From contig JBHGNT010000015.1 in the NCBI GenBank assembly GCA_043228905.1, positions 2,976,001 through 3,040,000 of the forward strand: a stretch of DNA of 64,000 bases. The letters run 5' to 3'. Source of the stretch: Azolla caroliniana. Taxonomy: Eukaryota; Plantae; Polypodiophyta. The position numbers were made by a program, and so were the translations under genes. The notes under the pieces are model-generated. The model made no database searches. It had not been told where the DNA came from and worked only from the letters and a program-made list of their open reading frames with translations. Every line of letters begins with the position of its first letter. The stretch's first letter is position 1. Shown here one piece after another: positions 25,520 through 38,800 of the stretch.

Positions 25520-26550
25520 ACATTACTAATATTTGAATCAATACAAATGAACAAGAGAGGATAACACTAAGTTATTGATTAGTACTAATGCACGAAAGAG
25601 GATAATACTAAGTTGGAAATTAAAACTAACAAACGAGAGAGGGAAGTGGCAAGTTATTAATTAGTACTGATGCACGAGAAAGGATAGTACTAAGTTGGAA
25701 ATTAGTACTAACAAACGAGAGAGGGGAGTGGTAAGGTACTAATTAGTACTAATGCATGAGAGAGAACAACCATAAGTTATAAGTTGGTCGTAATGTACAA
25801 TGTTGGAGAGTACTAAGTTATTAATTAGTACTAATGCATGACAAAGGATAGTCCTAAGTTATAAGTTGGTCTTAATGAACAAAGTTGGATAGTTCTAAGT
25901 TTGTAATTAGTACTAATGCATGACAGCGGACAATCCATAGTACTAAGTTGGTCTTAATGAACAAAGTAGGACAATATTAAGTTAATGGATAGTACTAATG
26001 AACACGGTTGGATAGTACTAAGTTAATAATTAGTATTAATGAGAGAGAACAATCCTAAGTTATAAATTAGTACTAACGAACAAAGTTGATTATAGCTAAG
26101 TTACTCATTAGTACAAACATTACTGAGAGGGGGCAATCCTATGTTATAATTTAGTACTAGTGCATGATAGCGGACAATCCTAAGTTATAAGTTGGTCTTA
26201 ATGAACAAAGTTGGACAGTTCTAAGTGATTAATTAGTACTAATGCATGACAATGGGTAGTCCTAAGTTCTAAGTTGGTCTTAATGAACAAAGTTGGACAA
26301 TACTAAGTTAATCGATAGTACTAATGAACATGGTTGGATAGTACTAAGTTAATAATTAGTATTGATGAGAGAGAATAATTAGTATTAATGAGAGAGAACA
26401 ATCCTAAGTTATAAATTAGTACTAACGAACAAAGTTGATTATAGCTAAGTTACTCATTAGTACAAACATTACTGAGAGGGGGCAATCCTAAGTTATAATT
26501 TAGTACTTGTACATGTGCACCTTTACAAGGCCTCAACCTTAATTAGTACT
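25520..26550. repeat. TTAGTACTAA-rich tandem array in the transposase intron
   Basis: ~33-35 bp degenerate units (ctaagtta..aattagtactaatg) with higher-order duplications. Confidence 0.85.
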
Positions 26551-26559
26551 TGTACACGT

Positions 26560-27316
26560 TGTCGTAGTGTATTTCGTACACTACATGAAAAACTTATAAA
26601 GTAACGTTTTAGTATATATGAAGAAATAGAAGAAAATGTCAAAATAAATAATACATGCATAGGGCAAGATTCAAACCTTGCACCTCCATGTTAATAATGT
26701 GAAACCGTACCATTACACTAGCATTTCATTACTATTAAAAAGTAGATGTCCCACATAGAAAGGTAAGTTCACCTACGATAAACTTTAGTTAAAAGAAAAA
26801 TGCATGCTAAAAGAAAAAGCTATGGATGCACATCTAGCGTGCATGAACGCTATAGTTGATAAAAAACGCACAAGTTAGAAAAAGCATGATCACTTTAGAT
26901 AAAGCATATAGTCTATCTATAGGAAAAGCATGGAGTCTATAGTTAGAGGAAAAGCATGGATTACTAAGACTCCCTCATCACTATATAAGGATGGGGAGCA
27001 CAATGTAATAGGGGGGTGACAAATATTTGGAAATTGGATATATTTCCTAAAACACCAATTAATAAACTATAATCGTGGGATTCACGAAATAATCTATACT
27101 TGTGGGATTCACAAGTTCTTTTATCTCTTTCTTTCAATCTAAATACATATTCTTATCTAAATATTGATTAATAAAATACATTATACTTGTGGGATTCCCA
27201 AATTTCTAATAATCTATTTATAATTAGAATCGTCTCAAATTCTTCCTCCTCCTAGTCCAAAATCCCAGTGGTTCCCACCCAACTCATGCAACGATCCGGC
27301 GCCGAAAGCCACGACA
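26560..27316 (+). mobile_element. Solo LTR related to element F
   Basis: TGTCGTAGTGT..CCACGACA; TSD ACGT on both sides; similar to the reverse complement of 57067-57789. Confidence 0.9.
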
Positions 27317-29321
27317 ACGTAGGATGACACTACTAACTTGTAAGTTAAGTTTACTTAACATTGCTATTACCATAATCAGTACTAGTGAATCTAGGTGCAT
27401 GTCATTCAGTATTTTATACAAACATTTCTAAGTACTATGGAGTATTACTAAAATAGACTTCCATTTATAAGTAACAAACATATGGATTATTTCCTCACCT
27501 TGCAATGAAGTAGAAGGACTTGGCCGCCTTAAATTGTGAGGCAACACCATCAGACCAAACCCAATGCCGATTAAAGTTAACATCCAAGGACAATAAATCT
27601 ACATGGTGAAGCTTAAAACAATGTTGAACAAATAGCGTATTGTGCTTTTTATCATCTGAAATGTAGAATATTGATTTCTTATGTAACTCACCGTCTTTTC
27701 TCGAGTAGCAAATATGTACAAGTATTGTACATTGGTCATTATACCCATGCATTGATTGAACCTCATTTTGAACTTTAAACGTATAGTTCTCTACGAAGTC
27801 AGTAACGGATACTATAACATCTAGTGGCAAGTTATTTATACATTCCTTGAACTGTGAATTTTGCCAATAACTCCTAAAGTTATGTGGAATGAACTCCTCG
27901 AGTTGGTTCTTAAACTTTGAGACAAGGGTAGCAGCACATGTCTCCTTTTATACTTCCTTGCTACGCTTACTAACAAGACCCTTACCTATATTTTCTGTCA
28001 CATACTCTAAATATTTCCATTTCACAATATGACAATTATCTACATCAAGCTCTTGTCTACAAAATGGTGGTTGTGAGCAAACTTTACATGTTCTTAGAAG
28101 ACATGTACGATTATACCACTCAGATGATGGTTGTTTTTCACAAACAAAAGACCTCCATATCTCAGAAACCGATGCGTAAGTCATGTTTCGTGCATTACAT
28201 CTATTATCACTCCCATTTGGTCTACATACCTCACAAGTGCAAACACACCCATCCCCGTGTATACCCTTAGAATCAGTACGCATACTGTTCAAGCCAAGCC
28301 TTAACATGTCCATTTTAATGTGGTACACACAACAACATGTGTTCCTCTCTTTTAACTTTCTAACAAAAAACGGTTTCAAACCTTGGAACTTGCGAAATCC
28401 AAGATTGATGTTAGGATGTTGGTCTTTGAAGTTCATGAACAATTCCGCCTACATCACTCAATAAATAACAAATGTTAATAGAATCCTTTAGTACAAAAAA
28501 ATAATTAAAAACAAATAGATATAAACAAAAGAATTACCTCAGTCATCTCCAAGAAGTGTCTTGGGTGAATCTGGTACCTACCCCGACTTATACGTTGTCT
28601 ACATACATCTTTTTTATTCGGTGAGACACGAGTGTTTTTTGTCCAAAAGGAATCCACTTTCTCAACAATCTCTTGAGACAAGGCATCACATCGTCATCTA
28701 CGGCCTAACCCCAACCACTTAAATTGATTTGACTGTATATTTGTCCGATGCTTCCTCAAGTTTCTTCTTTGAATACCAAGGGCTAAGGCAACTTTAGTAT
28801 CACTATATTTTTGTTTGGTTGTACCATTTACAAACATGTGAAGGGCTGCTCTTTTTGCACCAAGCTTATCTATGCTCTCTACCCCTTTCACTAAGTGTAG
28901 CGATGACTTCATAGACTCTACAATCTCCTCTTAAACACATTGGTCCCTAATCTTAATATTTTCCATGCACTCATTCAAAAGTTGATGGTGTAACACTCTA
29001 GAGATAATATCCCTACGATCTTCCTTGGTAAATCTCTCAATTATTTCTAGTAAATAACAAACTATGTGAAGAACCACCCGTCTCTTGCTCCTCTCAGACA
29101 TAGAATTGCTACATGACAACTCACTCTTCTTGACATCTACCGTTGCCACTCTCATGTATTCCAGCACCTAATTTCTTGTTATTTCAGTACCTAATTAACC
29201 ACATCAACCAGTTTTCGAATAAACATGTACGATAATACCACACACATATATTCCTTTAACAAAACAATACAATACTAAGAAAGACAACCATACCAACAGG
29301 CTACTATAAATCCACAAGTGG

Positions 29322-29780
29322 CAGAAGATTATCATTCTATTAAGATCGAGAAATTGACAATAATAATCATGATGATGATGAAGACATAATATTTTCAGCA
29401 TAAATAAATCTTAAAGTTTCCATTTCAAAGGATAATCAATAAATATTAAACCCTTAAAAAACAGTTCTGAAATAACCAATGCTTAAAAAACAGTTCTGGA
29501 AAAAACAGTTCTGAAGACATACCGAGTGAAGGAGACGACATACCGAGGGAAGATTATCATTCTATTAAGATCTAGAACTTGACAATAATAATCATGATGA
29601 TGATGAAGACATTATCTTTTCAACATAAATAAATCTTCAAGTTTCCATTTCAAAGGATAATCAATAAATATTAAACCTTAAAAAACAGTTCTGAAATAAC
29701 TAATGCTTAAAAAACAGTTCTGAAAAAATAGTTCTGAAGACATACCGAGGGAAGGAGACGACATACTGAGGGAAGAAGAA
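29322..29780. repeat. Tandem duplication (2 x ~227 bp) upstream of the transposase
   Basis: gaagattatcattctattaagatc...gaagacataccgag occurs twice. Confidence 0.85.
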
Positions 29781-30248
29781 GACATACCGAGGGAAGGAGA
29801 AGACTTAGCGACGAAAGGCGAAGATGGCTCAAATGTGTGACACAAAGAACGCTTGTTCATTTCCATGTAGGTTTGATTCGTATATAAGGAATGGCAAGAC
29901 CCCAAATCTTGGGGACATTCGCATGCTGTGAATACCTGAGATGCAAAGAACAACAAACAGAGATGGACTTGGTTGGAAGGAGGAAGGGGATGTGCCAAAA
30001 TGGTGATAAGCGCCACATTCAATTAATGTGGTGTGCTAAATTAAAAGTGAGGGGGAAATAGCCCCCAAATCAGTCCTAACTCCTGAATACCTCACAACTG
30101 TTTCCCCCCATTAAATGCAATGTGTACTATCCCCACCCCACTCCATTTTAAAATATTGTTTATAATTACTTAGTACTAACAATACTAATAGTACTCGTGT
30201 TTTTCTTGGCAAAATACTTTTTTGGTACACCGTAGCATGCTTCGACCC

Positions 30249-30556
30249 AACAACACAAGATGGGGGATGAGTAAGTATTTAAATTAGCATTATCGTCATC
30301 AAATACAAAAATACCCACAAGAGGTATATGTACATCTCATGTGCAAAGGTGCACATGTGTGAGTAGAATATAGGTACTGAGGTGTAAGTCCTGTATTAAA
30401 TGTACTTAGGAGTGGAGGATCTAGAATATCCCACTTAAGTACAAGGTCCTATTTAAGGCGTTATAGTCAACACTTCTAACTAGATTCTATCTAGGTAACT
30501 ACGAAGTTACATGGTTGACTAACTAACTAAACTAAGTTGAGCTTGATCTCTCAACA
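30249..30556 (-). mobile_element. Copia C 5' LTR, distal part
   Basis: On the minus strand begins TGTTGAGAGATCAAGCTCAAC, like the family-B LTR start; resumes after the AACA TSD. Confidence 0.75.
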
Positions 30557-30942
30557 CATACATATCCAACAAAGCATTCCCAAGCTTAATATTATCTTCT
30601 AACAACCTCTTACTCCTAATTTCAATGTGATTTTCTATGCATGTCAATGACTCTTTCATTGCCACCTTGGCAAACTTCTCAAGGCCAAAATCAGTGCATC
30701 TCACATCTTTATATCTCGAAATCAAAGTTGAAAATATTTCTTATACCTCACCCAGTAAACCACAAAAAAAATCTCTGTTGAGCCATGATCCACCTATCCA
30801 CATATAGCATATGTCCAACAAAGCCTTTCCAAGCTCAATATTGTCTTCTAGCAGCCTGTTACTCATGATTCCATTACGAGTTTCTATGCCTATTAACACT
30901 CCTATACTGCCACCTACTGGTAATATCCTGAAATTAGTGCAT
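30557..30942 (-). pseudogene. PPR gene relic (two degenerate motifs)
   Basis: HIEIRSKRLLEDNIKLGNALLDMY and NRLLEDNIELGKALLDI resemble PLS-class PPR L/S motif junctions. Confidence 0.65.
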
Positions 30943-31049
30943 TTTTAGAAGCCATAACCCTAACCGGAAGTCCCTCTTTCCTCATAGGTAAAACACACAA
31001 GATGAGGGTCATATGGCGGCCTTCTAGCGTCTTCCATTACTTTGCCTCC

Positions 31050-32640
31050 ACAGATAGAAGTTGCATCGTGAGACAACATCCTTCTTCAACCTGCTTATAG
31101 TTAGCTATACGTACAACTTGCTACCAATTGTCTCCACTCATCCTCCCCAGAAAATAAAGAAGAAAAGAAAACCACTCCCCAAATTTGAAAAGTAAATGAA
31201 ACATAATCTATCCTCCTTGTCACTCCCTAGAACTGCTTAAACATCCTTTAACATCATGCATCTCTGCCCCACAATAAAAAGATTTACTCATAAGGATGGC
31301 TTCCCTAAGCAAAGCCAAACCACTCTTGTAATTTCCACTTTCAATGTACACAAAGTAGTTGCATCTTGAGAGAGTCTTCTATTTTCCACATTTAACCTGC
31401 TTATAAATGACAAAACATAAGGCATGGTACCAAATATATACATCCTAGTACAATACCTTTTGACAGTTTGTCTCCACTCATCCTCCCTAGAAAAATGAGA
31501 AAACCACTCCCCAACTTTGAAAAGTCATTGAAACATAATCTAGCCTCCATGTCACTCCCTAGAACTGCTTCAACATCCTTTAACATCATCCATTTTGTCA
31601 CAAACACGAAGCAAAAAGATTTCCCCCCCTAAGGATGGCTTCCCCAAGCAAAGTCAAACCACTCTTCTAATTCCACTTTCAACGTACACAAAGTAGCTGC
31701 ATCTTAATGCAATCTTCCATTTTCCACATTCAGTTTGCTCATAGTCAGCAATACATTAAACCTACTATAAATGTATACATCTTAGTACAATACCTTTCGA
31801 CAGTTTGTCTCCACTCATCCTCCCTAGAAAAATGAGAAAACCACTCTCCAAATTTGAAAAGTAATTGAAACATAATCTAGCCTCTCTGTCACTCCCTAGG
31901 ATTGCTTCAACATCCTTTTACATCATTCATCTTTGTCACAAGTAGAAAGCAAAAAGATTTTCCCATGAGGATGGCTTCCCCAAGCAAAGCCAAACCAGTC
32001 TTCTATTTTCCACTTTCAACGTACACAAAATAGCTGCATCTTAAGACAGTCTTCTATTTTCCCCATTCATACATAAGACCTGCAACCAAATGTATACATC
32101 CTAGTACAATACCTTTTGACAATTTGACTCCAATCATCCTTCCCAAAAAATTGAGAAAACCACTCCCCAAATTTGAAAAGTAATTGAAACATAATCTAGC
32201 CTCCCTGTCACTCCCTAGAACTGCTTCAACATCCTTTAATCATCCATCTTTGTCACAAGCACAAAGCAAAAAATAAATAAAAATAAAAAATCCCATAAGG
32301 ATGACTTCCTTGACCAAAACCAAACCACTCTTCTATTCTCCACCTTTAACCTACTCACATTCAACCTAATGCCAAATGTATACCTCCTAGTACAACACCT
32401 TTTAAGAATTTGTCTCCACTCATCCTCCTCATAAAAATGAGAAAATCACTCCCCAAATTTGAAAAATAAATGAACCCCACCCTTGAATAGTTATAGTAAA
32501 TGCTTCATCCAACACCCTCCATCAACTATAGAAGAAAATCTATCAACTAATACAAAATAAGTTATAATAAAGAATATTTAACATAAACCTCCATGTCACT
32601 CCATAGAAATGGTTCATCACATCCACTCACTATCCATTCT
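31050..32640. repeat. Tandem array of ~5 diverged ~290-340 bp units
   Basis: tgtctccactcatcctcc..gaaaaccactccccaaatttgaaaag recurs near 31130, 31469, 31806, 32125 and 32411. Confidence 0.85.
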
Positions 32641-32863
32641 AATAGTACTAATAAATACTTCATCCACACTCACCATCTGTCCATGGTACCTGTCCAATGA
32701 CACTGCTTCATAGTCCTTTAGGTAAGTAACAAAACCTGCCGAAAAGTATCACACAATACAAATTACATTGAATAGAAATATATAAATACCTCCCTATCAC
32801 ACCATAGCAATACTTCTTCCTTCCATAACAACATCCTTCTCCAACAAAGAATAGAATTATTAT

Positions 32864-35800
32864 GTTTATCAAAAAGTTATATTCTTATGTGCTGGAAGTA
32901 TATTCCATCCCAACTAAAGACTAAAATAAGAAAGGACTGGGCGGAGGAAACAACCATCGTGGTGGCACATATTTCCAACAGTTTTCATATGTCCCATCCA
33001 AGCATAGAGGTATTGGCCACCATATCTGACGAATTTTTCTTCTTTTCTTATGCACCTTTTCTGCTGGTCCTTTAATATTATCGTACTCTCCCTTCACTGT
33101 GTGTACCAAGTTGTCCCTGAACATCTTTATCATATCCACCACATTATACTCGATACCTTCATATTTCATGCTGCATCGACACTCCACCACACCCAGAAAG
33201 CATTAATCGAGACAATATTCCAAACAAAAGATTTTTAAAATATTTACCACCCGGACTATTCGGGAGAGTTGCTTCAATTCTATTCTCTGACACACGCAAT
33301 GCTTCCACACATTGCTCCCCCTCGTACATGGATACTTGGACATCCAAAGACCCCCAAAGAACAACTCCCCATGTAAAAATCGCTCCTCTATATTTACAAG
33401 AAAACATCCTTAGTATTCTTCCCCAATATTTTTGAGCTGCAATACAAGTCCAAAACAAATGTTTCAAAGTCTCCTCCTGTAATTGGCAACACACACAATG
33501 ACGATCCTGAACCTATCCTTTTAGATGACAACCTACAGGTAAAGCATAATGAAGTAATAACCACTTAAAAGAAATGGCTCTTTGCAGACATGGTAAATTC
33601 CATAAACTTTTCCAATAAGCTGCACAATATTGAGGCGATATTGCACCTGACTCCCAATACTTTTGTGCAGCAGGACTTATGGAATGGCGTTGCAACAAGA
33701 AGCGTCTCCCATAGGCCACAAAATACTGAAAAAAAGGGAGAGTCCTACTTTCTTGTTCATTTGATGAGGCCCTTCCAACCAACCGCCATGCGTAATTAGC
33801 CGGATCCCAATTAAGGTGTTCCACCGGCTTACTTTGAAATGACCACAATTGTCGTGCGTGGTTTGCCAAAAAAGGGTTAGGATCTAGGAAAATCTTCTTC
33901 TCTAACCTAGCAATGACCCTAATGGGTTTTTGGGAGGCTACTTGCATAACTTCAGCTTCTTCTTCCACTAAATATAAAAGACCAACATCTCCAACCTCAT
34001 AAAATCTTATTCGACCCTTATTAGTGTAAGCCCTAACACCTATTCAAATGCCCAAAGGTGAGAAAAGACTATACCATATATAATTATTATGCAAGGTAAA
34101 TTGCCTTTGACAATTCTAAAAAGCATGTTGAATTTGAACGGACATCAAACATCCCCCACGTTGTCGTAGTGTGAATCACACACTACGTGAAATATGTAAA
34201 ATACTATATCCGATTTAAAGTACATATAATAAATAAAATAAAATATTAAAAATATTTATTACGTGCATAGGGTAGGTTTCGAACCCTGTACCTCCACGTA
34301 GACAAACCCCAACCTTACCACTGTACTAGCATATTATGAATTTTAAAGTTATACTAAACTTTATCCCATGTAAATATTCTAGATATGCATGGTACAAAAA
34401 GTTATTCATGCATACACACTCGAGTTAAAAAAAAGAAAAAGATGGGATAGAAAGCTAATCATGCACATGCAGTGTGCATGAAAACTAAAGTTAGGAAAAG
34501 CATTATGCTTGCATGTGATAAACTTTGACTCTTCCAACACTATATAAGGGAGAGAGAAAGATGTATAGTGGTTGTTGCTTATTTTACAAGGGTGTATTAA
34601 TATAATATAATCATGGGATTCACAAATTTGCTAACTATTTTTCTCTCTTAATCTGAGTACTCACTAATACACTATACTCGTGGGATTCACAAGTTTTTCA
34701 TATCTTTCTTTCTTACAACATATTTCATATTCTTCATTGCCTTAGAATTTTCTTTTCTCCTAGTCCAAAACCTCAGTGGTTCCTGCCCGACTCACGCAAC
34801 GATCCGGAGCCGAAAGACATGACAACGTAAAGAAGACAAGAATTGTTTTTTGTCCTCATTTGAGAGAAATTGAAAACACTCCCAATCAGCCACACTTGTA
34901 GTTGGTCCTGAGTCCATTTTCCCCCACGATAAATGCGGCCTAATACCTAAAACACAACCAGAGCTATTAGTAAACAAAGGATTCCATAACAATGGTTGAC
35001 TTAGAAATTGGGCTTCTGTTGATGGCAGTTGAAATAATAGAGCCTCTCTAATGTCCTTCCATGCCCTCAAAATACCTGTAAAAATTCTTCTAGAACCAAC
35101 ATTTTGAGCCTTAATTGGAAATTCAAAATTAAACAACCATCTTGCCACCGTCCTCCTAAGGTAGGCTTAATGTTACGAATATCAAACAACCATAACTTTC
35201 TCCACAACTCATCCCCAGGCATAAATCCTCTCACAACATGCTTCGCAAGAAGAGCCTTACTCTTGAGCATAGGATCAATTAAGCCCAGTCCACCTTCATT
35301 TATTGGCCGGATTAAAACCGACCAAGCAACTTTTGCAACAGCCCTTGATCCCATCGAAGCACCTCAAATAAAATTAGGAACTAAACGTTGTAATTTCAAT
35401 ATAAAAGAAGGTGAACATAACCACATTGACGCAATATACCACATTGATGTGAGTAAAACAGAGTTTGCCACAACTACCCTTCTAGGTAAAGACAAATTAG
35501 TTGTATCCCAATATAACAATTTATTTCTAATTCATAATAAAAGGGGTGTTACTATATCTTCTGCTGAAAATTTTAGCCCTACTTGACAACCCAAATACCT
35601 TACTGTTATACCTCGAGGCATCCAAATAAAACCTGGAGTTGGCACATCTTGTGGAGGACAGGAAGACGTGACCCAAAATCCATAGACTTGTCCCAATTAA
35701 TCAAAGCTCCCAAAGCATCACAAAAATATGTTAGTGCTTGTTGAAGATTCAACAAATTCTCCTTTTTTGCAGAAACATATAAAGCGGTGTCATCAGCAAA

Positions 35801-38800
35801 TTCTGAATCAACAGTCATGGTTGCATATCCTTATATAGGTAAGGCTATACCACGAATATCTACATTCCTACTCCTAAGGTAATCAGAAAAAGCTTCAGAG
35901 ACTAAAATAAACAAAAAGGGAGCTAGTGGACACCCTTGTCTTACTGATCTCGAAATTGAAAATCTACAACCAACATCACCTACAAACAAAAGAGAACTAT
36001 GAGCGGTCCTATACAAAGCTGCAATAACCCTAATCCATTGCATTGGAAAGCCCATTCGCTGTAATGTCCCTTCCATGAAATCCCAATCCACTCTGTCATA
36101 GGCCTTCTCAAAATCTAAAAACAAAATAGCCAAATCTTGTTGTTGTTGCTCTGCCATAGACACCATTTCCCAAAACAAAAAAATGTTATAAAAAATACTT
36201 CTCTCTTGAACAAAACCCGTCTGGGAATCATGAATTAGTTGAGGTAAAAAAGGTTGCACCCTCCTTGCTATTGTTTTAGCTAAACTCTTATACACAACAT
36301 TAAGTAGTGTTATAGGCCTCCATTTTCGAATATCATCCAAAGGGTCGTCCCTCGTCAGAATCAAATATATTAGGCCTTCTGTCCATTCTTGAGGCATATA
36401 ACCATGATCAAGAATTTGTTGGTAGGCAGAAGTCAAAACATTATCAATCATATCCCAATACTCTATATACCATGAAACCCCCATCCCTTCAACACCTGGA
36501 CAAACATCCTTACCTAAAGCCTTTGTTGCTAACAAAACTTCAGAAGGTTGCAACGGAGCAAGCAAAGAAATTTTGCATTTCAAATGAAACTCGATTAGAG
36601 ACTGAAGCCCAAACAACATCCCTCTTAATCACATTATTTCTTGAAATTGGAATTGTTGTCAACAAATGACTATAAAAAGATGATGTTATGTCCCTCATCT
36701 CTATCACATTCGATGTAAAAGACCCATCAACTCGTCTCATACTCATCAGTTGAGACTTATGTGATTTAATGCGATGAGGTTGAAAAAACCCTTTACAAAC
36801 TGTATTAGCTTGTCTAGTCCATCTTGCAAAGGATTTATGATACCAAAAATCTGACTGCTGCAATTGCATATTAGTAATTGTTTTCCCCACTTCAATAAAT
36901 CTCGCGACTAAATCTACAGACCTAGGCCACCATTGGTACAAAGCTTTTGCTTTAGTTTGAAAATATTCTTGAATTTCTTTCAACGCATGCACCACATTAA
37001 TCAAGATAACATCGGATTCCGCATCATAATGATATCGAAACCAAATACTTTGAACAAAATGTTTACAATCGCCTCTAGGAAAAACGGAGTTAGGGATTCT
37101 AAATCTACTAGCCCTTCTTGTCGATGATAAAGAGAATTTTAACTTAAGAGGTGAATGATCAGAAAAAGAACAACCAGGTAAAATTCCTAATTGACCACCT
37201 CTAGTCTACATAAAAGCATCCCCATAAAACCTATCCAAACGAGAAAGGTTGACCCGTGCCAATCTCCTGTTATATCTTGAAAATGATAAAGATTCTAGTA
37301 TTCTATTAAAGGATTGCACTGACCAAAGATCAACCAATTGTAGTGACATACATAGTCTTTCCCACTCCCTAAATTCTGACCTAGAGATAATGCGTAAACT
37401 ACCACCTTGCCTCTCTTGCACATCCTCTAACATATTAAAATCCCTAACTAATGCCCAGTGGTCAATTTGAGGTATTTGTAATAGAATTTTAGACAAAAAA
37501 CGAGACCTCGCTACTTCAGAATTCAGTGCGTAAAGGTTAAGCAAACCCCACTTAATCTCTCCTATTTGAAAAACAATATATTGTGCTCTTTTATTTGCTA
37601 ATGATCCAGACATACTTACATGTGAAGCCCAAATATGTGAAACCGCAATACATAAACCCCCCTGGGTATCATTCGGTCCAAAAGCCAGCAACGAGAATTG
37701 TTGCCATCTCCCGGGGAGAAGATTCCCATATTTTAAGAGGCGTTGTTCCCCTAAATGATGCTCCTAAATAATGGGCACATCTATTGGTCCTACATAAGGC
37801 TTTTTTAACTCCTATCTAAAAACCCCTCTCATTCTTCGAAACCGACTACCTCCTAATCCTTGCACATTCCATGAGATTATATTTAGAACATCCATTAATA
37901 AAGAACCAGGGATTATGAAACTGTCCTTTTTCGGACAAAACTTCTCCTCGACGTTTTCCTTCTTCAGCAATTCGTAATTGTCTTCTAGTTGTCATCATAT
38001 CTTTACCGAAGTATTTATGTGCACGGACTGGCATTGCTTTTTCCAATGTCATAGTATCATCTGGAACCAAAGTTACTGCCGAAAAGGAAAAATCATTAAT
38101 GTCTTGAGAAACCATCTTTTCCACTACGGAGAGAGACTTTTGTTTTGATGGATCCTCCTCATAGATTACTAAAGAAGTCAATTTTCACAATCCATGGCAA
38201 TTCCCGAGAAGTCAATTTGTCGCGCCTTGTCCTGAGGCACTGGGTTAGGCAAGGATTGAATGATATGCTTCCCTTTATCCCCCAAATGATTACCATTAAA
38301 TTGCCCCATAGACGAACCCTCAAACTTATGATGTCTATCCTTACTTTCTTTAATAGTCAAGGCTTCATGATCCTGCTTTGAGGTTGTTGGATTCTGTATT
38401 TCAACAACTTTATTCTTCTCCCGTACAATATTTTGCAAGGAGATATTCCTATCTTCATTGTTATTCAAAATATTGTACGGATTACCATCGAACAAAACTA
38501 TAGAATTGACTAGTCAGTTAAATTGTTTCAAAGTATGTTTAACTGCTACTAGAGTCCAATCGGATCTCCCCACCTTAGCAGTTGACTTAGGGGCCTCCTC
38601 TGATCCTGATCGATAACGTTTCCGAGGACAATCCTTCCCTAAATGGCCAAAATGCCTACATATAAAACATTGATCTGGAAGCCCTTGATACACAATCCTT
38701 TGGGGCAATGGCTCTTTATTTTCTTGCAAATTTAGCAACAAAACTGAATATGGTAAAACGTTATTTCGGGGGGCTAAAATCCTCACCGTTGGTGCTCCTC

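Larger units (their letters stand above)
24552..29190 (-). pseudogene. Spliced Sola2-like DDD transposase with stops and a frameshift
   Basis: Motifs TDFVENY..QNEVQSMH, ISDDKKH, WSDGVASQFK, YFGSGHGKGEHDGAGAVIKR, plus Cys-rich CCCVYH / CVCTCEVC / CFCSMC. GT-AG introns 28537-28449 (MTE|AELF) and 27498-25438 (FIAR|YF) restore the frame. Confidence 0.8.
11283..30248 (-). mobile_element. Large TIR DNA transposon, Sola2-like (~10.8 kb after removing nested LTR elements)
   Basis: TIRs GGGTCGAAGCATGCTACAGTGTACCA (11283-11308) and TGGTACACCGTAGCATGCTTCGACCC (30223-30248), 25/26 identical. 4-bp TSD AACA. Internal DDD transposase remnants. Confidence 0.88.

Noticed and set aside
25520-26550. Regularly spaced ~33-bp repeats resembling a CRISPR array
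   Set aside because: Units are degenerate and contiguous with no unique spacers, there are no cas genes, and the context is a eukaryotic intron.
34263-34331. Functional tRNA gene
   Set aside because: A/B boxes are present but there is no credible acceptor or anticodon stem, and it lies inside an LTR; reported only as a tRNA-like module.
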